Source: an uncultured Gammaproteobacteria bacterium (lineage in GTDB: Bacteria > Patescibacteriota > Microgenomatia > Levybacterales > UBA12049). From it: 33,748 nucleotides of DNA. A model generated the notes under the pieces. The model worked only from the letters and a program-made list of their open reading frames with translations, had not been told where the DNA came from and made no database searches. Positions 8,489 to 15,766 of the stretch are shown in pieces; the first letter of the stretch is position 1, and every line of letters begins with the position of its first letter. Both the position numbers and the translations under genes were made by a program. The DNA is taken from assembly GCA_964469995.1 (NCBI GenBank), contig CAYYAC010000002.1, positions 1 through 33,748 on the forward strand, read 5' to 3'.

Positions 8489-8958
8489 AAAATCAAAAGG
8501 GACAAACATTAGTTGAGTCGTTAATTGCTTTAGCTGTGGCTGTTGTTATTGTTTCGGCAATCGTTGTGTCTGTAATATCCTCTTTAAGTAATGCTCAATA
8601 TACAAAAAATCAAAATTTAGCTAATCAATATGCATCTCAAGGAATGGAAGTTGTCAGAGGAATAAGAAATACAAGCTGGGATACAATTTCGTCTTACAAC
8701 GGAGATTATTGTTTACCTGAAAATCAGACTACTCTTATTGCAAAAGGAACAGGTTGTAGTCCAAAGCAAAATGTTGCAGGGGTGTTTCTTAGAGAAGTTA
8801 ATATTGATCACAATTCTCCATCTTGTGATCAGACATTGGGGATTACTGTGAATGTTTCCTGGTCTGATGGGAAATGCACAGATAGCTCTAATTCTTTTTG
8901 CCACGTTGTTTCTCTTGTTTCATGTTTTGGAAACAACAACGCTGTCCCAACGCCATGA
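8485..8958 (+). CDS. minor pilin (PilV/GspI-like), atypical +1 residue
   Basis: MKNQKG|QTLVESLIALAVAVVIV: Gly at -1 and Glu at +5, but Gln instead of Phe at +1. ATGA overlaps. Confidence 0.65.
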   Translation: MKNQKGQTLVESLIALAVAVVIVSAIVVSVISSLSNAQYTKNQNLANQYASQGMEVVRGIRNTSWDTISSYNGDYCLPENQTTLIAKGTGCSPKQNVAGVFLREVNIDHNSPSCDQTLGITVNVSWSDGKCTDSSNSFCHVVSLVSCFGNNNAVPTP

Positions 8959-9530
8959 TAAAACAATTTTTAAGATTTAATAATCAAAAAGGATTTACTC
9001 TCGTAGAGCTGCTTGCCGTAATAATGGTTATTGGGGTTGTTGGCGGAGTAACTGGCGCAATTTTAATATCTTCGCTTATTGGTTCTAATAAAACTAATTC
9101 CTTGGACAATGTTAGGCAAAACGGAAATTATGCTCTTTTGCAGGTTTCAAAAGCAATTGAATTTTCCAGGAATTTCTATGGAGTGAGCACAGATGGGGTA
9201 AATTACATAACAGACTGTACTCAGCCTCAGGTGTCTCCTACTCCAACGCCAACGCAATATAACTACGTAAAGATTGTTTCTTCTAATGGACAATCTGTTG
9301 TTTTTTCGTGCGGTGCAAACACAATAGCATCAAACAGCGCGTCTCTTCTAGATGTTTCAAGCGTTGCAACTACTGCGTGTTTTTTTAGTTGTTCTCAGGA
9401 CAATCTAATATTGCCTCCAACAATAGGTTTTAATTTCAGTCTTTCTAGTTCCAAAGGAGGAAATTTTGTAGAAAATAATACCTCTGTCTCTTTTAGTACC
9501 TCAGTGACGCTTAGAAACCTAAATAGATAG
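8955..9530 (+). CDS. minor pilin (PilW/GspJ-like)
   Basis: MIKQFLRFNNQKG|FTLVELLAVIMVIGVV. ATG 8955 forms an ATGA overlap with the upstream stop, so the track start 8898 is an unlikely extension. Internal SPTPTPTQ stretch. Confidence 0.7.
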   Translation: MIKQFLRFNNQKGFTLVELLAVIMVIGVVGGVTGAILISSLIGSNKTNSLDNVRQNGNYALLQVSKAIEFSRNFYGVSTDGVNYITDCTQPQVSPTPTPTQYNYVKIVSSNGQSVVFSCGANTIASNSASLLDVSSVATTACFFSCSQDNLILPPTIGFNFSLSSSKGGNFVENNTSVSFSTSVTLRNLNR

Positions 9531-9539
9531 CAAGTCTTG

Positions 9540-9569
9540 TTGACATGTAAGCTTGTGCTTTGCTACGCT
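9540..9569 (+). promoter_or_regulatory. internal sigma-70-like promoter
   Basis: TTGACA 9540-9545, 18-nt spacer, TACGCT 9564-9569, then 6 nt to ATG 9576. Confidence 0.35.
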
Positions 9570-9575
9570 TTAAAT

Positions 9576-10361
9576 ATGCTTAGAAAAAACGAAAGTGGTC
9601 AGGTTTTGCTGGCCATTGTTCTTATTATGGTAATTGGGCTTACTGTTGGTCTTTCTCTTGCTTCTCGTAGTATAACAAGTCTTAGAACATCGGAAGAAGA
9701 AATAAACTCCCAGCAAGCCCTATCTGCTGCAGAAGCAGGGATTGAACAAGTTTCAAAAACTAATTCAAACATACAAAATGGTATATTTTCAAATCGTACG
9801 TCTTACAATACTTCAATAGCTCCTGTTTCAGGAAATGACTTCTTGCTTAATGGAGGAAGTGTAATTTTGAAAGATGATAGCGCAGATATATGGCTTTCTG
9901 ATTATTCAACAGATTCTGCTAGGCTTTATCAAAATCCATGGAGCGGAAGTTTAAACATATATTGGGGAAAAGGCAGCGACGGGTGTACTCAGGCGGCTCT
10001 TGAAATAATTGTAATTTCTGGAAGCAAAGCAAGCCCTATATCTAGAAAATATGCTTTTGACCCATGCATAACAAGAAGCAGCACTAATCATTTTACTCTT
10101 GTTTCATCTGGGGGAACAGCTGCTGGAGTTAGTTTTCCATTTGGTACAACCATAAACATTAGCTCTGGGCTGATTGCAAGAGTAATTCCTCTCTATTTTG
10201 ATGCTCCCATAGGTCTTGTTGGAAGCGTTGATCTTCCTTCTCAGGGGTCTTTAATTACGTCTGTTGGAAATTCAGGAACAACAAGCAGAAAAATTACTGT
10301 TTTTCAGGGATTTCCAACTCTTCCCTCTGAATATTTCCCATATGGACTTTTTTCTCCATAG
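9576..10361 (+). CDS. PilX-like pilus component (PilX_N-type N-terminus)
   Basis: MLRKNESGQVLLAIVLIMVIGLTVGLSLASRSITSLRTSEEE...AEAGIEQ resembles PilX N-terminal domains (no Glu at +5). Track start TTG 9537 is rejected in favour of ATG 9576. Confidence 0.6.
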   Translation: MLRKNESGQVLLAIVLIMVIGLTVGLSLASRSITSLRTSEEEINSQQALSAAEAGIEQVSKTNSNIQNGIFSNRTSYNTSIAPVSGNDFLLNGGSVILKDDSADIWLSDYSTDSARLYQNPWSGSLNIYWGKGSDGCTQAALEIIVISGSKASPISRKYAFDPCITRSSTNHFTLVSSGGTAAGVSFPFGTTINISSGLIARVIPLYFDAPIGLVGSVDLPSQGSLITSVGNSGTTSRKITVFQGFPTLPSEYFPYGLFSP

Positions 10362-10367
10362 AATTTT

Positions 10368-11405
10368 ATGAATAATAAAAAATCTTTCGGGCTTGATATA
10401 GGTACAACAACTATTAAAATGGTTTCGCTTTCTCCTGGCAAAGATGGTTTTTTTGTGCTTAACGCTTCAATAATTGCTCCTATGCCGGCTAAGGGAATGA
10501 TATCTGATTCTCCCTTAGATGAAGAAGAGATGGCACAGGCAATAAAAAAAGCAGTTATTGATTCTGGAATTGAAGGAAAGTTTGTAAACATTTCTCTTCC
10601 TGAAACTAAAATCTATACAAAGGTAATTGAAATGCCTGTTTTGTCAGATAAAGAACTTTCATCTGCAATATATTGGGAGGCAGAGCAGTATATTCCCATA
10701 CCGCTTTCAAATATAACTTTCGTTTGGAGTGTGCTTAGAAGGCCAAACAAGCCTACTCCGCAAGACAAAATGGAGGTGCTTATGGTTGGTGCCCCAACTG
10801 TTCTTGTTAATAAATATAAGAGGGTTATAGCAATGGCTGGGCTTTCTATAAATTCAATGGAAACTCAGATTTTATCTGCGATAAGAGCATTAAATTCAGG
10901 TCCATCTGCTCCGCCGTCTCTTATTATTGATATTGGAGAGCTTAGTACCTCTCTGGCAATAGTCAAGGACGGTATTATGGTATTTACATATTCAACCCCA
11001 ACAGGAGGGGGAGCTATTAGCCGCGCAATTGCATCTAACTTTGGATTAGGAGAAAGAGAAGCTGAGGAATATAAAAAAACATACGGATTTGCAGATAGGG
11101 TGTTTGGTGGAAAGATAAGCCTTGCAGCTCAGCCGATTCTAATGACGATTTTAACAGAAGTAAAAAAAGCGCTATCATTTTATGGGCAAAAGTATAAAGA
11201 TAACCCAATAAAACAAATTATTCTTTCTGGAGGCACTGCAAGGCTTCCCGGGATTAATATTTTCTTTGCAAACAATTGTGGAATAGAAACTGTTGTTGCA
11301 AATCCATGGAAGAGGTTTATAAATCAGCAAATTCCAAAACAAATTTTAGATAATGGGGCAGATTATGTAATTGCTGCGGGTCTTGCAGAAAGAGATTATG
11401 AATAA
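10368..11405 (+). CDS. pilM: type IV pilus assembly protein PilM (actin-like ATPase fold)
   Basis: 345 aa; FGLDIGTTTIKMV phosphate-1-like motif and ILSGGTARLPGI. Followed by pilN/pilO-like genes. Confidence 0.8.
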   Translation: MNNKKSFGLDIGTTTIKMVSLSPGKDGFFVLNASIIAPMPAKGMISDSPLDEEEMAQAIKKAVIDSGIEGKFVNISLPETKIYTKVIEMPVLSDKELSSAIYWEAEQYIPIPLSNITFVWSVLRRPNKPTPQDKMEVLMVGAPTVLVNKYKRVIAMAGLSINSMETQILSAIRALNSGPSAPPSLIIDIGELSTSLAIVKDGIMVFTYSTPTGGGAISRAIASNFGLGEREAEEYKKTYGFADRVFGGKISLAAQPILMTILTEVKKALSFYGQKYKDNPIKQIILSGGTARLPGINIFFANNCGIETVVANPWKRFINQQIPKQILDNGADYVIAAGLAERDYE

Positions 11406-11931
11406 TAACATCAATTTAGTATCCCCTGATATAAATAATCTATCTAAGCAGGCAAAAATTCTTAGAAGATTTAAAATTATCGCAACGGTTATTGTTATTG
11501 GGGTTGGGATTACCTCTATTGCCTTATTTTTGCTTAATAGGATTTTTTCTCCTCAGGCAATTATTGTTCAGCAGGACTCAGTTAGGGCGAGTATCGCAGC
11601 TTTGCAGACAAAACATGCAAAGATATTGCTTCTTAACCAAAAACTTAATGATATTTTTAAAATACTTAAAAGTAGAACAAACTATGATTTAGTTTTGGCA
11701 AATATATTAAATCAGCCCGGAAATGATATATCTGTCACTTCCCTATCTTTGAATAAGAAGAAAATTTCTTTGGTTGTTTCCTCTTTTTCTTTAATATCAA
11801 TCAATAATTTTATAGACATGCTAAAGGGTATGGTAGATAAAAAACAATTGCTTAAAAACGTAACAATAAATAATCTTTCTTTAAATGGTAAGTTTGGATA
11901 TTTTCTAAGTTTGGACATAGAACTATTATGA
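11398..11931 (+). CDS. pilN: PilN-like bitopic pilus alignment protein
   Basis: N-terminal INLVSPD (compare the PilN INLLP motif), a single TM, and position after pilM. ATG 11398 overlaps the pilM stop by 8 nt; the track start 11371 is possible. Confidence 0.6.
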   Translation: MNNNINLVSPDINNLSKQAKILRRFKIIATVIVIGVGITSIALFLLNRIFSPQAIIVQQDSVRASIAALQTKHAKILLLNQKLNDIFKILKSRTNYDLVLANILNQPGNDISVTSLSLNKKKISLVVSSFSLISINNFIDMLKGMVDKKQLLKNVTINNLSLNGKFGYFLSLDIELL

Positions 11932-12671
11932 ACAAAGACGTTAGCATAAGTATAAAAACATTTAAAGATTTGTACATTTCATACAAGCCTTATATTACTC
12001 CATCTGTTATGGTTTTAATTTCATTTCTTCTTATTATTTTTGCAATTTTTCCGCAATTTCAGGATTTTACAACAACCCTTTCACAAAGAGAAAATGCGAC
12101 TCTTCAGCTGCAGACGTTAAGCAAAAATCTGGTAATTTTAAGATCAATTGATGAGCCTACATTAAATTCCAATTTAGCAGTTTCTCTTAAGGCTCTTCCT
12201 TCAAATAAAGATTTTGAAAGTATTTTGACAACAATTTCATCTGTTGCAAATAAATCTGGGGTAGCTTTGGGGAATTTCCAATTTAAAGTGGGAGATCTCT
12301 CAAAGGCAGATGTAATTACGGGTCAATTTCCTTCACTTTCCGTCAATGTTGTTATAAATAGTGCACCTTCTGGAACGATAAATTTTTTGACAAATATGGC
12401 GCAGTCTTTACCTGTTTCGGAAATAAAATCAATTGACTTGAATGCCTCAAGTGCTAATATATTTTTGAATTTCTATTACAAATCTGCAGGAGGTGCAAAA
12501 GTTTCTCCAGATGCGCTTATTATTCCCATATCATCAAAACAGCAAGAATTACTGAATCAGTTATCATCTTGGGATGGCGGATTATCTTCTGCTCCCTTGA
12601 TAGTGCCTGTAGAAAGCTTGACTTCTCCAACGAGCACTCCGTCGTCGTCTGCTGCTAGTTTGCCTCTTTAA
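11928..12671 (+). CDS. pilO: PilO-like bitopic protein with Ser/Thr/Pro-rich tail
   Basis: Single TM followed by a coiled-coil-like stretch, and position after pilN with an ATGA overlap. C-terminus is SLTSPTSTPSSSAASLPL. Confidence 0.5.
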   Translation: MNKDVSISIKTFKDLYISYKPYITPSVMVLISFLLIIFAIFPQFQDFTTTLSQRENATLQLQTLSKNLVILRSIDEPTLNSNLAVSLKALPSNKDFESILTTISSVANKSGVALGNFQFKVGDLSKADVITGQFPSLSVNVVINSAPSGTINFLTNMAQSLPVSEIKSIDLNASSANIFLNFYYKSAGGAKVSPDALIIPISSKQQELLNQLSSWDGGLSSAPLIVPVESLTSPTSTPSSSAASLPL

Positions 12672-13341
12672 GAAGATCTGGTCTTAATTTTTTAGTTTCA
12701 GTTTTTGACTGTTCGTTTTTCCATTTTAAAATTTTTGCGTGGTTTCCTGATATAAGAGTTTTTGGAACTGATAGATTTTTAAAAACTTCAGGTCTTGTAT
12801 ATTGAGGATATTCTAAGGAATTTTTTGAAAAGCTTTCTTCCTGCGTGACCCCATCAGGTAGTACGCCCGCTATTAAACGGGACACAGAGTCTACTATAAG
12901 CATCGTAGGAATCTCTCCTCCAGTTGTTATAAAATCTCCAACAGAAATTTCCTCGTCTATAAAATTTCCTACTCTTGCATCAATTCCTTCGTAATGTCCG
13001 CAAATTATTATTAAATGTTTTAATTTTGATAGTTCTAGTGCTTTAGCCTGATTATAAGTTTTTCCTTTTGGTCCCAAAAATATAATTTTTTCTTCTTCTT
13101 TTTTTAATTTTTTGTCTTTAGTTTTTTCAATTGCTTTTTGCAAGACGTCCACTTTTAAAATCATTCCTTTTCCGCCGCCGTATACTTTATCATCAACACT
13201 TTTGTGTTTTCCAATTCCAAAATCTCTTAAGTTAATAAAATTAATTTCTAAAAGTTTTTTGTCTTGTGCTCTCTTTAAAATTGAGAAATCAAAGGGACCA
13301 GAAAACATCTGGGGAAATAAAGTGATAATTGATATTTTCAC
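12655..13341 (-). CDS. trmD: tRNA (guanine37-N1)-methyltransferase TrmD
   Basis: 228 aa; ITLFPQMF, CGHYEGIDARV, GGEIP and ISGNHAKI motifs; GTG start. Its 3' end overlaps the convergent pilO-like gene by 17 nt. Confidence 0.9.
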   Translation of the reverse strand: MKISIITLFPQMFSGPFDFSILKRAQDKKLLEINFINLRDFGIGKHKSVDDKVYGGGKGMILKVDVLQKAIEKTKDKKLKKEEEKIIFLGPKGKTYNQAKALELSKLKHLIIICGHYEGIDARVGNFIDEEISVGDFITTGGEIPTMLIVDSVSRLIAGVLPDGVTQEESFSKNSLEYPQYTRPEVFKNLSVPKTLISGNHAKILKWKNEQSKTETKKLRPDLLKEAN

Positions 13342-13346
13342 TAAAA

Positions 13347-13580
13347 TTACGCGGTTTCTTCCAAATTTATATTGATTCTTTTTTCCTGTTTTATAGCTGG
13401 GATTCTCATGACATTTCTTATGGCTCTTATTACTTTTCCTTCTTTTCCAATAATTTTTCCCATGTTTTCTTTTGCAACATGAACTGTGAAGTTTGTAATT
13501 CCCTCTTCCTCTTTTTCGTCAATTTTTACCTCATCTACAGAAAGTATAGAAGAAACTATATATTCAAGTGTTTGTTTCAT
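13347..13580 (-). CDS. khpA: KH-domain RNA-binding protein (KhpA/YlqC family)
   Basis: 77 aa with GKIIGKEGKVIRAIR (GxxG KH motif), in the conserved slot between rpsP and trmD. rimM, usually found here, is absent. Confidence 0.75.
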   Translation of the reverse strand: MKQTLEYIVSSILSVDEVKIDEKEEEGITNFTVHVAKENMGKIIGKEGKVIRAIRNVMRIPAIKQEKRININLEETA

Positions 13581-13807
13581 GATTTTACAATTCTTTCAAC
13601 AGTGCTGGAAGGTCTTGCTCCGACAGAAACCCAATAGTCATATCTTTCTTGTTTTATAGATTTTGTTTCTGTTTTTCCGTTTTTTTCGTACCAACCCAAA
13701 TTTTCTATCGCACGACCATCACGATCAGAGCGTTTTTCTTTAACTACTATTCTATATTTGCTTTCGCCTTTTCTTCCTGTTTTTGTAAGTCTAATTGTTA
13801 CTGCCAT
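13577..13807 (-). CDS. rpsP: 30S ribosomal protein S16
   Basis: MAVTIRLTKTGRKGESKYRIVV...WVSVGARPS is an S16 signature. Confidence 0.95.
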   Translation of the reverse strand: MAVTIRLTKTGRKGESKYRIVVKEKRSDRDGRAIENLGWYEKNGKTETKSIKQERYDYWVSVGARPSSTVERIVKS

Positions 13808-13813
13808 AAGCTA

Positions 13814-13822
13814 ATTTTATCA
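13814..13822 (-). promoter_or_regulatory. extended -10 promoter abutting rpsP
   Basis: Minus strand reads TGATAAAAT, then 6 nt (tagctt), then ATG 13807. No SD. Confidence 0.45.
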
Positions 13823-14494
13823 TTATTTCTGCGTTTTCTCAAGGCTTTGATTTTTTAATGCATTTTCAGCTGCATCTTTCTCTGCATCCTGTTTTGAATG
13901 TCCAGTTCCTTTTCCTAAAACTTTATTTTCTGCAACAACCTCAATCGTAAAGATTTTATTATGTGCAGGTCCTTGTTCATCAATAACTTTGTAAGAAAGT
14001 TGCGTCTGTCCTTTGGATTGAATAAATTCTTGGAGTAGGCTTTTTGCATCTTTTAAAGTTTTTACAGACAACATTTCGGCTTTTGGCAATAAAACTCCCA
14101 TCAAAAACTCAGTTACCGCATTTATTCCCTGATCAATAAAAAGAGCGCCGACATAGGCTTCAAAACTATCAGCAAGTAAGCTTTTGTTTTCTCTTCCCTT
14201 TAGTTGTTCTTCTCCTTTTGAGAGCTTTAACATATTTCCAAAGCCAAGTTCTGAAGCAACCTGGGCAAGGCTTTCAGTATTTACCATTAAAGACCTGAGG
14301 TTTGTGAGCTCACCTTCATTAAAGGTAGGATAGTTTTTGAATAGAAATTCAGAAACTACAAAAGATATAATGCTATCTCCTAGGAATTCAAGGCGTTCAT
14401 TAGATGAGATATGTTCTTTGGTCTCATTTAAATAAGACCTGTGGGTAAACGCTTGAGAAAATAAATTTTTATTATTTAGCTTTGGTAAGTTCAT
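13823..14494 (-). CDS. rnc: ribonuclease III
   Basis: ERLEFLGDS catalytic signature and a C-terminal dsRBD (GPAHNKIF...GHSKQDAEKDAAENAL). Confidence 0.95.
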   Translation of the reverse strand: MNLPKLNNKNLFSQAFTHRSYLNETKEHISSNERLEFLGDSIISFVVSEFLFKNYPTFNEGELTNLRSLMVNTESLAQVASELGFGNMLKLSKGEEQLKGRENKSLLADSFEAYVGALFIDQGINAVTEFLMGVLLPKAEMLSVKTLKDAKSLLQEFIQSKGQTQLSYKVIDEQGPAHNKIFTIEVVAENKVLGKGTGHSKQDAEKDAAENALKNQSLEKTQK

Positions 14495-14837
14495 CTTTTA
14501 AAATGTTGCCCAGTACACCGTTTATAAAAGCAGGGCTTGTTTCTCCTCCATATTCTTTTGAAAGTTCTATTGCTTCGTCTATTACAACCTTTGGAGGTTG
14601 TTTTTTGTCAATCAAAAGTTCGAAAGTTGCTAAACGCAAAATTGCTAAATCAATTCTATTTATTTTTTCAATTGGAAATTCTGGTGCGGATTTTTTGATG
14701 TATTCATCAAGTGCGTCTTTTTTCTCAAAAACTTTCTTAGCAGATTCTCCTATTGTTTGTTTGTGAAAATCAAATCTAAATAAATCTTCAACGATTGTTT
14801 GTCGTTTTTTATGCCTTGGGTCAAGAGAGGTTTTCAT
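14472..14837 (-). CDS. nusB: transcription antitermination factor NusB
   Basis: 121 aa; RHKKRQ, ILRLATFELL and IDEAIELSKEYGGE...FINGVL motifs. TAATG junction with rpmF. Confidence 0.85.
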   Translation of the reverse strand: MKTSLDPRHKKRQTIVEDLFRFDFHKQTIGESAKKVFEKKDALDEYIKKSAPEFPIEKINRIDLAILRLATFELLIDKKQPPKVVIDEAIELSKEYGGETSPAFINGVLGNILKDELTKAK

Positions 14838-15082
14838 TAAGATTCTGTTGCTTGAGTTTCCTTTTTAGCTTTCTTTACAACAACGGAACTTCCTTTGTAG
14901 TATCCGCAGTTTTTACAAACTGTATGAGCTGTTGTTGAAGCTTTGCAATTTGGGCACAAGATAACTTGAGAAACTGAAAGCTTTATAGAAGCTCTTCTTT
15001 TTCCTTTTCTTTGAGTTGAATGTCTGCGTTTTGGTTCGTGTGGCACAGCTGTTATTATAGCTAATTTAAGGACTCCTTGCAA
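14837..15082 (-). CDS. rpmF: 50S ribosomal protein L32
   Basis: AVPHEPKRRHSTQRKGKRRA plus CPNC...CKNC zinc ribbon. Start unclear: track TTG 15082 adds 11 non-conserved residues. On the minus strand, TATAAT + 7 nt precedes the GTG of the conserved (A)VP. Confidence 0.85.
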   Translation of the reverse strand: MQGVLKLAIITAVPHEPKRRHSTQRKGKRRASIKLSVSQVILCPNCKASTTAHTVCKNCGYYKGSSVVVKKAKKETQATES

Positions 15083-15085
15083 CAG

Positions 15086-15745
15086 CTATAAAAGATTCAT
15101 TAAATCGGCCAATTTTTCAAGCAAATAATCTGGAGTTTCCAAAAGCAAAGTTTTCTTATCATGATATCCACGTGTTAGAGCAACAGAAATTACTTTAGCT
15201 TTTTTTGCAGATCTAACATCGTTTATCATGTCTCCTATATACGTTGCATCTTTTGCTTCAATTAAATAATCTTTGCATGCTTGCATTATTCCATCTGTTT
15301 TTTCAACTAGATTACCTATTATTTTATCAAAATGTTTTGTTAGTCCGTATTCATCTGCTTCTTCAATTAAGCTTTTTTGGGGATGACTGCTTATTACAAT
15401 AAGTTTTTTGCCTTTTTTCTTTATTTGGGTTAAAGTATCAAGAGCGTCTTCATATATTGTTGGCTTTATTCCCTCATTTCTAAGAACTGAGAAATGCTTG
15501 GAATACATTTTTCTAATTTCCTCAGGAGACCTTTTGCCTAATATCTGCTTTGAGTACTCATTCTCAAATTGCTTAACAGATTGACGCAGCCAGTCTTTCA
15601 AATCTTCAATGGGGCTGAGTCCTAAATCCAGTGCAACTCTGTTAAAAGCTGTTTGGACTGGAATTCTATCATCGCTTATTGTTCCGCTCCAATCAAAAAT
15701 AAAAAGCTTGCTGTCTTTTATATTTTTTTTATTTTTGTCTTTCAT
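15086..15745 (-). CDS. HAD-superfamily hydrolase, atypical motif I
   Basis: Motif I is IFDWSGTISDD (Ser where the second Asp is normally found), motif II VISSHP, motif IV GDMINDV. Confidence 0.75.
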   Translation of the reverse strand: MKDKNKKNIKDSKLFIFDWSGTISDDRIPVQTAFNRVALDLGLSPIEDLKDWLRQSVKQFENEYSKQILGKRSPEEIRKMYSKHFSVLRNEGIKPTIYEDALDTLTQIKKKGKKLIVISSHPQKSLIEEADEYGLTKHFDKIIGNLVEKTDGIMQACKDYLIEAKDATYIGDMINDVRSAKKAKVISVALTRGYHDKKTLLLETPDYLLEKLADLMNLL

Positions 15746-15752
15746 TTTATAG

Positions 15753-15761
15753 ATTATATCA
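15753..15761 (-). promoter_or_regulatory. extended -10 promoter abutting the HAD gene
   Basis: Minus strand reads TGATATAAT, then 7 nt, then ATG 15745. Confidence 0.4.
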
Positions 15762-15766
15762 AAACT

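Noticed and set aside
13329-13858. Plus-strand ORFs 13329-13637 and 13649-13858 opposite the KH-protein, rpsP and rnc genes.
   Set aside because: They are antisense to strongly supported ribosomal-cluster genes, and their translations are Phe/Ser/Cys-rich low-complexity without motifs.
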